Shown here: positions 21,033 to 30,814 of the stretch, piece after piece
Layout: every line of letters begins with the position of its first letter
How positions within the stretch are numbered: the first letter of the stretch is position 1
Source of the DNA: Flavobacteriales bacterium
Lineage (GTDB): Bacteria; Bacteroidota; Bacteroidia; Flavobacteriales_F; PHOS-HE28
Reading direction: 5' to 3'
Length of the DNA stretch: 64,000 nucleotides
NCBI GenBank assembly: GCA_046306055.1
Contig: JBKDXR010000039.1
Coordinates: 65,039 to 129,038, forward strand
Notes under the pieces: generated by a model
What the model was told of the DNA's origin: nothing
The model's input: only the letters and a program-made list of their open reading frames with translations
The model's database searches: none
Program-made: the position numbers and the translations under genes

Positions 21033-21707
21033 ATGAAGGCCGAAGGGTCGGACAATGCGCGGGAGGCCTTCCAGTTCCTGGCGCTCGCATTGGGCCTCGT
21101 TCTGGCCCTACGCTTGGGCTATTGGGGACTGGAGCACTGGATGAGCCCGGCATCGGACGATGCCCTCGGCCATGCGTTCGCACCGTTCCGCGCCGGATAC
21201 TTGGTCGATACCAGGACGCTCGTGCTTTCCGCCGGACCGCTTCTTGAAAGGCTCGGCATTGCCGTGCTTCTCGCGATCGGTAGCGCAGCCGGGTTCGCTG
21301 TATTGGCGGCCGGGCTGGCGCGCCCTTTGGGCGGCGATCAAGTGAAATGGTCGGCCAGGTCCGCGCGCTGGTCGCTGATCATCGCCCTCCCCCTCCTGGT
21401 CGTTGGCGCCTTGGCCCTACCCGAACGTTCCGTTCATGTTGACGGAGAAGGGTTCCGGTTGGTTGAACGGACATGGTACAGCGCCGACCTCATGGATCAT
21501 TCAACCCTCTGGACCTGGCATGCCGTGCAAGGGTTCACTGCAGCGCAGCACTTGCCGGACGGTGACGGTGCCGGTCTGCTGATGAAGGTCTCGGACGGCA
21601 GCACGATCACGCTGGACCTGGGGGAACAGGTCCACATGAGCGACCTGGAACACTTGGTCGCCGCATTGGAAGGCGAGGTGCGATCCCGTCGGACCGAACA
21701 ACACTGA
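21033..21707 (+). CDS. hypothetical membrane protein
   Basis: Two or three TM helices. Start overlaps the stop of the upstream gene by a 1-nt frame offset (operon-like coupling). Confidence 0.45.
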   Translation: MKAEGSDNAREAFQFLALALGLVLALRLGYWGLEHWMSPASDDALGHAFAPFRAGYLVDTRTLVLSAGPLLERLGIAVLLAIGSAAGFAVLAAGLARPLGGDQVKWSARSARWSLIIALPLLVVGALALPERSVHVDGEGFRLVERTWYSADLMDHSTLWTWHAVQGFTAAQHLPDGDGAGLLMKVSDGSTITLDLGEQVHMSDLEHLVAALEGEVRSRRTEQH

Positions 21708-21710
21708 GCC

Positions 21711-22145
21711 ATGCATGTCGTGCGCATCACCGCCGAGGAAACGCACCCACTGCGTTTATTGGTGCTGCGGCCTGGCGGCACCTTGGACGATTGCCACTGG
21801 CCAATCGACCAGGCCACTGATGCGTTCCACCTTGCCGTGGAAAGGGACGGCAAACGCATCTGCATCGCCTCCTTTCAGCCCGCGTTGCACCCTGCACTCC
21901 CAGGCGAACGCTCCTGGCAACTGCGTGGCATGGCCACCCATCCCGTTCATCGGGGTATTGGGGCCGGTCGGCTTCTTGTGGAACAGGCCCTAGAAGAACT
22001 TCGTGGCCTTCACGCCGACATCCTTTGGTGCAATGCCAGGCTGCTAGCGCTACCGTTCTACGAGCGGCTCGGCTTCAGCACCATCGGCCCCTCGTTCGAG
22101 ATACCCGGGATCGGAACGCATTATGTGATGTGGCGCACAGCGTAG
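21711..22145 (+). CDS. GNAT family N-acetyltransferase
   Basis: Acetyl-CoA binding motif HPVHRGIGAGRLLVEQA. Confidence 0.75.
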   Translation: MHVVRITAEETHPLRLLVLRPGGTLDDCHWPIDQATDAFHLAVERDGKRICIASFQPALHPALPGERSWQLRGMATHPVHRGIGAGRLLVEQALEELRGLHADILWCNARLLALPFYERLGFSTIGPSFEIPGIGTHYVMWRTA

Positions 22146-22168
22146 GCCACCTGGTTAGCTTCGCGCGG

Positions 22169-23584
22169 ATGTCGGCCATTACCCGAACGGAACGCCTGTT
22201 CCTACTTGTGTTCGTGCTGCTCAACCTGGCGCTCAAACTGGCGTGGCTCGGCGTGAACGAACTGGCACACGATGAGCCCTTCACGGTGTTCTGGTCGCAA
22301 GCAACATGGGAGAGGCTTGGGACCATGTTCCGCACAGAGAACAACCCGCCACTCTATTTCCTGCTGATCAAGGCTTGGAGCGCGCTGGTACCGTTCGAAG
22401 CGGCCTGGCTTCGTTTTCCGTCAGCCGTGTTCAGCGCATTGGCGGTCTGGCCCCTGTTCCTGCTGGCGCGCCACCTCGGCAGCATGCGCGTGGCCGTGTT
22501 GGCGAGCATCCTTTTCACCTGTAGCAACTACCACTATGGCTTTGCCCATGAGGTGCGCGCCTATTCGCTCTTCACCCTGTTGACCATAACGGGCATGTGG
22601 GTGTTAGTGCGGGCCACGGAAAGCGCTGAACGCCCAGGAGGTCCCATGCGGCACATGCTGCACCTTTCCATGCTGAATGTGCTCCTGGTCTACACCCACT
22701 TCTTCGGCTGGCTGGTGGTGGGCTTGCAGGGCCTGCTGGTCCTTACGATGCCGGAATTGCGTCCACTTCGGCGCGGCTTTCTCTACAGTGCCATGTTCAC
22801 GATGGTCTGGTTCCTTCCCTACGGCCTCATCTTCGCTGAACGCTTCTCCCAGAGCGCAGGTAAAGGGACCTGGCTTACGCCTCCGGTCCCGGAGGAGTTA
22901 TACAACATGGTCTGGCGGTGGAGCAATGTCCCGGTGCTCGCCGTCGGTTCCCTCGTGCTCATCGCTGCGGCCTGTGTAAAGGACCGCTGCCGTTCGCTCG
23001 GCATGCGCTGGGGCCTGGTCTGGGCCTTCATTCCAATGTTCGGCATGTTCGCAGTGAGCTTCGTCGTTCCCATGTTCCTGGACCGCTACCTGGTGTACGC
23101 TGCGCCTGGTTTCGCGCTGTTGGCAGCCCTTTCCGTGGAAACCATTGCCACCATGGACCGGCTTCGGAACGTGCTCGCGACCTTGATCGGGCTGGGCATG
23201 GTGGTCACCTTTACGCCTTGGAAGGACAATGGGCTTCATCCGAGCCGTGTAGTGCAACAGGTGGAAGCTTGGCGGTCGCCCGGCGCCCCTGTGCTCCTCT
23301 ATCCCTGGTACTACATGCATACCTATGCCTGGCATGCCGACCGCGATCTATTGGACGTTCCAGAGAACCTTCAGGCCAACCTGGCCAAGGGCTTTGTTTA
23401 CCCGGTGGATGAGCAAGGCGAACTTCCGGTGGACCTCGGAGCGCGGAAGACCTGGGTGCTGGTGGTGGCCGCGAACGAGGTCGAACGAACGACCGCGTTA
23501 CGGTCAGGGCTGCGGAGCAGCTTGCCAGAGGTCGATTCCGTGGAGGCGGACCACAAGGTGTGGGTGTACCGCTTCGGTCGGTAA
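22169..23584 (+). CDS. glycosyltransferase family 39 (ArnT/PMT-like) membrane protein
   Basis: Multi-TM protein with DEPFTVFWSQ and NPPLYFLL motifs typical of GT39/PMT_2. Confidence 0.7.
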   Translation: MSAITRTERLFLLVFVLLNLALKLAWLGVNELAHDEPFTVFWSQATWERLGTMFRTENNPPLYFLLIKAWSALVPFEAAWLRFPSAVFSALAVWPLFLLARHLGSMRVAVLASILFTCSNYHYGFAHEVRAYSLFTLLTITGMWVLVRATESAERPGGPMRHMLHLSMLNVLLVYTHFFGWLVVGLQGLLVLTMPELRPLRRGFLYSAMFTMVWFLPYGLIFAERFSQSAGKGTWLTPPVPEELYNMVWRWSNVPVLAVGSLVLIAAACVKDRCRSLGMRWGLVWAFIPMFGMFAVSFVVPMFLDRYLVYAAPGFALLAALSVETIATMDRLRNVLATLIGLGMVVTFTPWKDNGLHPSRVVQQVEAWRSPGAPVLLYPWYYMHTYAWHADRDLLDVPENLQANLAKGFVYPVDEQGELPVDLGARKTWVLVVAANEVERTTALRSGLRSSLPEVDSVEADHKVWVYRFGR

Positions 23585-23682
23585 GGCCCAACTGCTCATC
23601 CCTCGCACCAACCGTCCATGGAGTTTAGTGCCTCCATTGGTCCCCGGAGCGCACCTTTGAGGTCACTTTCACCACAACCAGC

Positions 23683-25653
23683 ATGAAAACCCTTTGTTCC
23701 ATGACCCAAGGCAGGCACTTCGCCGTGGCCGTGGGTATTACCGCAGCCCTGTTCACCGCCTGCGGCGATGGCAAGCAGGAGGCCGCCAATACCGTGGTCC
23801 CTCCCCCCATCATCGCCATGAAGGACTTCTTCAAGAACCCGGAGAAGGCGGGATTCCGCATCAGCCCGGACGGTCAGTACTTCAGCTACCGGGCGCCTTG
23901 GAATAACCGCATGAACATCTTCGTGCAGAAGATCGGCGACAGCACCGCCACGCAGATCACCCAGGACACCGTGCGCGACATCGGCGGCTACTTCTGGAAG
24001 GGCGACCGCATCGTGTACAGCCGCGACATCAACGGCGATGAGAACTTCATCGTGTTCAGTGTGGGCACCAATGGCGCCGACGCCAAGCCGCTCACCCCTA
24101 CCAAGGGCGTACGAGCAGGCACCTTGGACGACCTCCACAACATCCCGGGCATGGAGAAGCACATCATGGTACAGATGAACCAACGCGACCCCGGCATCTT
24201 CGACCCCTACCTCATCAACGTGGAAACGGGCGAGGCCAGGTCGCTGTACGACAACAAGGAGAACTATGAGAGCTGGATGACCGACCACAACGGCGTGATC
24301 CGCATCGCCACCCGCACCGAGGGTGTCACCAGTGTGTACTACCACCGCGCCAGCGACAAGGAACCCTTCAAGGAGTTCATGCGCACCGACTTCAAGGACA
24401 GCTTCAGCCCGTTGTTCTTCACCTTCGACAACAAGAACCTCTACGCCAGCAGCAACCTCAACGGCCGCGACAAGAGCGCCATCGTGGAGTATGACATGGC
24501 CACCGGCAAGGAAGTGAAGGAACTGTTCGCCAACGCCGACAACGACGTGGATGGGTTGGACTACAGCCGCAAGCGCAAGGTGCTCACCATGGTCACGTGG
24601 ACCGGCGCAAAAAGCGAGCGCCACTTCCTGGACAAGGAGACCGAGGCCATGTACGCCAAGATGGACGCCAAGTTCGAGGGCTACGAGACCTGGGTCTACG
24701 GATCGGACGATACCGAGACCAAGTCCATTGTTTGGGTGGGCAGCGACCGCATGCCGGGCAAGTACTTCTTCTATGATGCCACGGCTGACAAGGTGGAAGA
24801 ACTGGCCACGCTCTACCCCTGGTTGAACGAGAACGATCTGGCGGAGATGAAGCCGATCAGCTACAAGAGCCGCGATGGCCTTACCATCCACGGCTACCTC
24901 ACCATGCCCAAGGGCCGCGGCGAAAAGAACCTGCCCGTGGTGATGATGGTTCACGGCGGACCCTGGGCCCGCGACCAGTGGGGCTACGACCCTGAGGCAC
25001 AGTTCCTGGCCAACCGTGGCTATGCCGTGCTCCAAGTGAACTTCCGTGGCAGCACCGGCTATGGCCGTGAGTTCTGGATGAAGAGCTTCAAACAGTGGGG
25101 CAAGACCATGCAGGACGACGTGACCGATGGTGTGGAGTGGCTGAAGGCCGAAGGCATCGCCGACCCCAAGCGCGTGGCGATCTATGGTGGCAGCTACGGT
25201 GGATACGCCACCCTGGCCGGCCTGGCCTTCACCCCCGACCTGTACGCCTGCGGCATCGACTACGTGGGAGTGAGCAACCTCTTCACCTTCCAACGCACCA
25301 TTCCGCCCTACTGGGGCCCCTGGCGTGAGGTGTTGTATGAGCAAGTAGGCCATCCTGAGAAGGACAGCCTTATGCTGGCCTCTGCTTCACCCGCCCTTCA
25401 CGCCGACAAGATCAAGGCCCCGCTCTTCGTGGCCCAAGGCGCCAACGACCCGCGGGTGGTGAAGGCCGAGAGCGACCAGATGGTGGAAGCCCTGAAGAAG
25501 CTGGGGGTCACCGTGGATTACATGGTGAAGGACGACGAAGGACATGGCTTCCGCAACGAGGAGAACCGCTTCGAATTCTACGAGGCCATGGAGAAGTTCC
25601 TGGCCCAGCATCTGGCCAGCGCAGACAGCACCAAGGCAGAGGCAGCACACTGA
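23683..25653 (+). CDS. S9 family serine peptidase (prolyl oligopeptidase/acylaminoacyl-peptidase-like) lipoprotein
   Basis: Lipoprotein signal (LFTAC). N-terminal beta-propeller. C-terminal catalytic domain with GGSYGGY (Ser nucleophile), GANDPRV and GHGF (Asp/His). Confidence 0.85.
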   Translation: MKTLCSMTQGRHFAVAVGITAALFTACGDGKQEAANTVVPPPIIAMKDFFKNPEKAGFRISPDGQYFSYRAPWNNRMNIFVQKIGDSTATQITQDTVRDIGGYFWKGDRIVYSRDINGDENFIVFSVGTNGADAKPLTPTKGVRAGTLDDLHNIPGMEKHIMVQMNQRDPGIFDPYLINVETGEARSLYDNKENYESWMTDHNGVIRIATRTEGVTSVYYHRASDKEPFKEFMRTDFKDSFSPLFFTFDNKNLYASSNLNGRDKSAIVEYDMATGKEVKELFANADNDVDGLDYSRKRKVLTMVTWTGAKSERHFLDKETEAMYAKMDAKFEGYETWVYGSDDTETKSIVWVGSDRMPGKYFFYDATADKVEELATLYPWLNENDLAEMKPISYKSRDGLTIHGYLTMPKGRGEKNLPVVMMVHGGPWARDQWGYDPEAQFLANRGYAVLQVNFRGSTGYGREFWMKSFKQWGKTMQDDVTDGVEWLKAEGIADPKRVAIYGGSYGGYATLAGLAFTPDLYACGIDYVGVSNLFTFQRTIPPYWGPWREVLYEQVGHPEKDSLMLASASPALHADKIKAPLFVAQGANDPRVVKAESDQMVEALKKLGVTVDYMVKDDEGHGFRNEENRFEFYEAMEKFLAQHLASADSTKAEAAH

Positions 25654-25674
25654 TCGTAACGACCACTATGGGAA

Positions 25675-25705
25675 AAGGCGGGGCCAAATGGTCCCGCCTT
25701 TTTAA
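25675..25705 (+). terminator. rho-independent terminator (GGCGGGGCC aaat GGTCCCGCC + TTTTT)
   Basis: Hairpin with one G·U followed by a T5 run, 22 nt after the S9 peptidase stop. Confidence 0.6.
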
Positions 25706-25851
25706 TTTATGTTGAGCTCAGGCGCCGAAAGACGGCCCGGGTCCGTCACCCTGCGGGTGAAGCTTAGGAAACCTGTCCTTAACGATCTTCCGTCAGCCTG
25801 CCCCGTGTTGGAATGCCGTACTTTCGTCTACCTGCAAGTCCCTGTCCATCA

Positions 25852-28608
25852 ATGAGAACCGCCCCACTGCTTTGGCTCGCTATGGCGACCATGTGCGTTT
25901 CCAGCATGCAAGCCCAGGTCGTAGTGAACGAGGTATGTGCCTCGAACATGAACGGCTACGCCGACAATTACGGTGAGTTCGAGGACTGGTTCGAACTGTA
26001 CAACACGACCGGTGCCGCAGTGGACATCAGTGGTTGGTGGGTGAGCAACCGCGCCGGCAATCCGTTGAAGTGGCAGGTGCCTGCAGGCACCACCATACCT
26101 GCCGGGGGACGACAGGTCTTCATCTGCAGCAAGCGGAACACGGTGGTGGGCGCCTTCATCCACACCAGCTTCAACCTGAACCAGGCGGAAAGTGACCATG
26201 TACTGTTGAGCAACGCTGCCGGTGACCCGGTGGACGACTTCGAGTTCGCTCCGGATATGCGCACCATGATCGGACACAGCCGCGGCCGCACAACGGACGG
26301 GGCCGCGACCTGGAGCCTGTTCAACAACCCCACTCCTAATGCGGCGAACGCCGGTGCTTCTCCAGAGTACCTGGCCAAGCCCGTACTGAACCCAGGGCCC
26401 GGTTTTTATGGAGGTGCCCAGAACGTCACCATCACAGGCCCTGCGGGTTCCACCATCAGGTATACCCTCGATGGGTCGGCGCCCACAGCGACCTCCACGA
26501 CCTATGCAGGTCCTATTACAGTGAACAGCACCACGGTGATCCGAGCGGTCGCTTTCGGTGGTGGCGGAACGCAACCGAGCTTCATTGAGACCAACACCTA
26601 CTTCATCAATGCAACACATACCGTCGCGGTATTGAGCATTGCTGGTGATCAATTGGACGAACTGTTGAACGGCGACGGAGGTATTCAACCTTTTGGCAGC
26701 TTCGAGTACTTCGGGGAGGACGGGCAATTACGTGATGAGGCCGTGGGCGAGTTCAATGAGCACGGCCAGGACAGCTGGGCCTACGATCAGCGTGGGTTCG
26801 ATTATGTGGTACGCGATCAGACCGGATACAACGATGCCATCCACTATCCGGTGTTCCGCACCAAGGACCGCGACAAGTACCAGCGCCTGATCATCAAGGC
26901 GGCCGCCGGCGATAACCTCAACTTCGGTCCCGGCCAGCCTGCCCACATCCGTGATGCCTATGTACAGGCCCTGAGCCAGACGGGCGAACTGCGATTGGAT
27001 GAACGCAGTTATGAACCCGCCGTGCTGTACGTGAACGGGCAGTACTGGGGTGTTTACGATATGCGCGAAAAGGTGGACGACCACGACTACACCCGCTATT
27101 ACTACGACCAGGACGAGTTCAACATACAGATGCTGAAGACCTGGGGTGGTACTTGGAGCGAGTATGGTGGCGGCCAGGCCCAGACCGATTGGGACAACCT
27201 GCGCAACTACATCAACTCCAACAACATGGGCGACCCGGTGGCCTTCGCCAATGTGGATGCCCAATACAACTGGAAAAGCCTGGTGGATTATTTCTGCCTG
27301 AACAGCTACACCGTATGCGCTGACTGGCTGAACTGGAACACCGGATGGTGGCGCGGGCTTGACCCCAGCGGCGATCACAAGAAGTGGGGCTACATCCTAT
27401 GGGACATGGACGCCACCTTTGGACACTACACCAACTTCACGGGTATTCCCAACCAGTCGGCCACCGCCGACCCCTGCGATGCAGAGCAACTCCCAGACCC
27501 TGGTGGACAGGGACACACACTGATCCTGGAGAAATTGATCGCAGAGAACCAGATGGTCCACGACTATTACGTGAACCGTTACATCGATCTGGGCAATTCC
27601 CTCTTCAAGTGCGATCACATGCTGCCTTTCCTCGACAGTCTGGTCGCCCTGATCGCCCCGGAAATGCCCGGCCAGATCGGACGCTGGGGCGGAAGCATGG
27701 CGGAATGGCAGGCCAATGTCCAGGTGATGCGCAACTTCATCGTGCAGCGTTGTGTGGCCATCGAGGAGGGCATGGTCGATTGCTATGAACTGGAAGGCCC
27801 CTTCGATGTGGTCTTCAATGTAAACCCACCCTTGAGCGGACAGATCGTGATCAATTCCATCCAGCCGGGCACCTACCCATGGAGCGGCACGTTCTATGGA
27901 GGCATCAACACCACCCTGGCGCCGATACCGGCCACAGGTTACGAGTTCAGCCATTGGGAAGTGTTCAGCACCAACACCGTGCTGCCCTCCCTCACCGATT
28001 CGCTCGTGACCATTGACTTCCTCACTGCGGACAGCGTGGTGGCGCATTTCGTGCCACCTGTGCGATATGAGGTGGTGCTGGACGTCATGCCCAAGAGCGA
28101 AGCCGCGACGATCACCTTTGATGGTGCCACCTACTCCACCTTCCCGGTGCTGGTCAGCGCGGCCGAGGGCGTGGATGTGGACATTACCGTGGGACCTGCC
28201 CCCTATTACGACTTCCTCTACTGGACCTTGAAGAACAACCCGTTCATTCCGGACAGCACGGCAACCTCCATTACGGCACAGTTCTTCACCACCGACACCG
28301 TGATCGCCTGGCTGAAGCCCCAGGAGTACGTGTTCTATGCCCCGAACTCCTTCACCCCGAACGGCGATGGCATCAATGATGTGTTCATTCCGGTGAGCAA
28401 CGTGGTGGATCTGCTCAGCTATGAGTTCGACGTGTTCGATCGCTGGGGCGCGGTGATCTACTCCACACGTAACCCGAATGCTGCATGGGATGGAACCGCT
28501 GGTGGTACTCCCCTGCCAAACGGGGTGTATGTGTTCAGGGCCTATGCCGTGGACGCCGTAAAAAAGGACCGGCACGAGCTGTTCGGCCACGTGACCCTGT
28601 TCCGGTAG
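25852..28608 (+). CDS. lamin-tail-domain + CotH kinase-like protein with T9SS type B CTD
   Basis: Signal peptide. VVNEVCASN...WFELYN LTD signature. Central CotH-like region. C-terminal PNSFTPNGDGINDVF...FDRWG...GHVTLFR type B sorting domain. Confidence 0.75.
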   Translation: MRTAPLLWLAMATMCVSSMQAQVVVNEVCASNMNGYADNYGEFEDWFELYNTTGAAVDISGWWVSNRAGNPLKWQVPAGTTIPAGGRQVFICSKRNTVVGAFIHTSFNLNQAESDHVLLSNAAGDPVDDFEFAPDMRTMIGHSRGRTTDGAATWSLFNNPTPNAANAGASPEYLAKPVLNPGPGFYGGAQNVTITGPAGSTIRYTLDGSAPTATSTTYAGPITVNSTTVIRAVAFGGGGTQPSFIETNTYFINATHTVAVLSIAGDQLDELLNGDGGIQPFGSFEYFGEDGQLRDEAVGEFNEHGQDSWAYDQRGFDYVVRDQTGYNDAIHYPVFRTKDRDKYQRLIIKAAAGDNLNFGPGQPAHIRDAYVQALSQTGELRLDERSYEPAVLYVNGQYWGVYDMREKVDDHDYTRYYYDQDEFNIQMLKTWGGTWSEYGGGQAQTDWDNLRNYINSNNMGDPVAFANVDAQYNWKSLVDYFCLNSYTVCADWLNWNTGWWRGLDPSGDHKKWGYILWDMDATFGHYTNFTGIPNQSATADPCDAEQLPDPGGQGHTLILEKLIAENQMVHDYYVNRYIDLGNSLFKCDHMLPFLDSLVALIAPEMPGQIGRWGGSMAEWQANVQVMRNFIVQRCVAIEEGMVDCYELEGPFDVVFNVNPPLSGQIVINSIQPGTYPWSGTFYGGINTTLAPIPATGYEFSHWEVFSTNTVLPSLTDSLVTIDFLTADSVVAHFVPPVRYEVVLDVMPKSEAATITFDGATYSTFPVLVSAAEGVDVDITVGPAPYYDFLYWTLKNNPFIPDSTATSITAQFFTTDTVIAWLKPQEYVFYAPNSFTPNGDGINDVFIPVSNVVDLLSYEFDVFDRWGAVIYSTRNPNAAWDGTAGGTPLPNGVYVFRAYAVDAVKKDRHELFGHVTLFR

Positions 28609-28725
28609 GGCAGTTTGTCATTGATCCGTCATGCTTGTTCGGGTATTTGTCGAAATGCCTGAACAAAATTTTGCGGGCATTGTTCTTGACATGTTGTTGA
28701 ACATAAACCCTAGAACAACACGATC

Positions 28726-29769
28726 ATGAACCGGAAACTCTTCTCTGTCCTAATTGCAGCAGGCATGCTGACCAGCTACGAAGCTTGGTCACAGGCCCGC
28801 GTACAGGTCATCCACAACAGCGCTGATGCCGCTGCTGCCGTGGTGGACGTGTACATCAACGGTGGCGCTCAACCTGCCATCAACGACTTCGCCTTCCGTA
28901 CCGCTACCCCCTTCATCGACCTGCCCGCAGGCGTTGACCTGACGATCGGTATCGCTCCCGGCAACAGCACGGGACCCCAGGATATCATTACCGCGCTGAA
29001 CACCACCGTGAACCTCGCTGATGGTGAGACCTACGTGGTGGTGGCCAATGGCATTGTGAGCCCCACGGGTTACACCCCTGCCACGCCGTTCCAACTGTAC
29101 GTGCAAGCCGCTGCTCGTGAGACCGCCACCAGCGGTGCTGGCAACACCGACATCCTGGTGTTCCATGGCTGCACGGATGCTCCTGTAGTGGACGTGGCAG
29201 AGACCGCTGTACTGGGCGGCGCCACGATCGTGGACGACCTGGCCTACGGTGCCTTTGATGGTTACTTGGAAGTGCCTACGCTGGACTTCACCCTTCAGGT
29301 GCAGACCGCCGATGGTACGCCCCTGCTGAACTACCTGGCCCCTCTGCAGACCCTCGGTCTGGAGGGTACCGCCCTCACTGTGGTGGCCAGTGGATTCCTC
29401 GATCCCTCTGTGAACAGCAACGGTGCTGGTTTCGGCCTTTGGGTGGCCCTGCCCACCGGTGGCAACTTGGTGCAATTGCCCATCGCCACCTCCATCGCCG
29501 ACAACTCCGTGATCAGCAGTGTATCGGCCTGGCCGAACCCTGCCAATGACCTGCTCACCGTTGATGTGGAGACGAGCGAGATGCTGCAGGCTGAAGTGCG
29601 CCTGACCGACATGACCGGTCGCGTGGTGCGCAACCTGGCCGGCAGCAGCCTTGCCAACGGCGCGAACCGTCTTGTGCTTGATGTGACCGGTCTCGCTACG
29701 GGCAGCTACTCGCTGAGCGTTGTGGGCGACCGCGCCATCCGCACCCTGCCTGTGCAGATCGTACGCTGA
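28726..29769 (+). CDS. DUF4397 domain protein with T9SS type A CTD
   Basis: Signal peptide. VQVIHNSADAAAAVVDVYING DUF4397 signature. C-terminal Por secretion tail. Confidence 0.7.
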   Translation: MNRKLFSVLIAAGMLTSYEAWSQARVQVIHNSADAAAAVVDVYINGGAQPAINDFAFRTATPFIDLPAGVDLTIGIAPGNSTGPQDIITALNTTVNLADGETYVVVANGIVSPTGYTPATPFQLYVQAAARETATSGAGNTDILVFHGCTDAPVVDVAETAVLGGATIVDDLAYGAFDGYLEVPTLDFTLQVQTADGTPLLNYLAPLQTLGLEGTALTVVASGFLDPSVNSNGAGFGLWVALPTGGNLVQLPIATSIADNSVISSVSAWPNPANDLLTVDVETSEMLQAEVRLTDMTGRVVRNLAGSSLANGANRLVLDVTGLATGSYSLSVVGDRAIRTLPVQIVR

Positions 29770-29788
29770 TCCCTTCAGGATATTGAAA

Positions 29789-29820
29789 AGCCCCCGCCGA
29801 TCGGCGGGGGCTTTTCTTTT
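29789..29820 (+). terminator. rho-independent terminator (AGCCCCCGCCG atc GGCGGGGGCT + TTTCTTTT)
   Basis: Near-perfect 10-bp GC stem plus T-run, 20 nt after the stop. Confidence 0.7.
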
Positions 29821-29902
29821 CCCGATCGCGAACCTTCCTTCCAGTTCCCTGTTCTTCAATGTCGTTCCCTTATTCCGGAACGACCTACTTTCAACCACTA
29901 CC

Positions 29903-30814
29903 ATGGGCCCTTTCCCAAACCGGTTCCAGATCCGCGACCTCGAGGAGTTCTCGGGGGTCAAGGCGCACACCATACGGATCTGGGAAAAGCGCTACGGGCT
30001 GCTTGAACCGTCACGTACGGATACCAACATCCGGTACTATGGTGCCGAAGACCTCAAAACGATCCTGAACGTATCGTTCCTGAACCAGCACGGGTTCAAG
30101 ATCTCCAAGATCGCGGCCATGGACCGCGCCACCCGGGACCGCATGGTACAGGAAGTGGCCTTGACAAAGGATGAAGTCGGCGATGTGCTGAACACGTTGA
30201 AGATGGCCATGCTCGCCTTCAACGAGGATGAACTGATCCGGACCTCGGACCGGTTCGAACAAGCGCATGGTTTCAGGTCCTTGGTGGAGCGTATCTACGT
30301 GCCTTTGCTGGAACATATCGGCGTGTTGTGGCAGACCAACTCCATCTGCCCCGCCCAAGAGCACTTCGTCAGCAACTTCATCCGGCACAAGATCATTCTG
30401 GCCACATACGCGCTGCCGAAGAACACTACGGCCAATGGCCTCACGCACGTGCTTTACTTGCCTGAGAACGAGATCCACGAGCTGGGCCTGATCTACCTGA
30501 ATTATATCCTTCGCTCGCTTGGCGACCGGACCGTTTACCTGGGCCAAAGCGTACCCCGGGAAGACCTGCGTCAGGTGTGCGATCTTCATCCCGGGCCTTT
30601 GAACCTGGTGAGCGTGCTGATGGCGAACCCTCCGGCCAGTGAGGTTCCGGACTATTTGAAGGAACTCCGGGAACTTGTGCCGGAGGAGCGAGTCACGTTC
30701 TGGATCACCGGAAGCCAACTGGCCAGGATCGAGAAGATGGATGTTCCGCGCGGTATGCGGCTGCACCCCTCCTTGACCGCACTGCTTCAATCCATAGACA
30801 GCGATCAGGCCTGA
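29903..30814 (+). CDS. MerR-family transcriptional regulator with B12-binding-like C-terminal domain (CarH/LitR-like)
   Basis: N-terminal MerR HTH (IRDLEEFSGVKAHTIRIWEKRYGLLEPSRTDTNIRYY). C-terminal ~200 aa resembles the cobalamin-binding Rossmann region. Start at MGPFPNRF (ATG at 29903). Confidence 0.6.
   Translation: MGPFPNRFQIRDLEEFSGVKAHTIRIWEKRYGLLEPSRTDTNIRYYGAEDLKTILNVSFLNQHGFKISKIAAMDRATRDRMVQEVALTKDEVGDVLNTLKMAMLAFNEDELIRTSDRFEQAHGFRSLVERIYVPLLEHIGVLWQTNSICPAQEHFVSNFIRHKIILATYALPKNTTANGLTHVLYLPENEIHELGLIYLNYILRSLGDRTVYLGQSVPREDLRQVCDLHPGPLNLVSVLMANPPASEVPDYLKELRELVPEERVTFWITGSQLARIEKMDVPRGMRLHPSLTALLQSIDSDQA

Noticed and set aside
23596-25353. 585-aa minus-strand ORF antisense to the S9 peptidase gene
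   Set aside because: Low-complexity Ala/Gly/Val-rich translation with no recognisable domain. The opposite-strand S9 peptidase has catalytic-triad motifs.
26728-28590. Minus-strand ORFs 216 aa and 397 aa inside the CotH gene
   Set aside because: Antisense to a gene with LTD, CotH and CTD signatures; no domains of their own.
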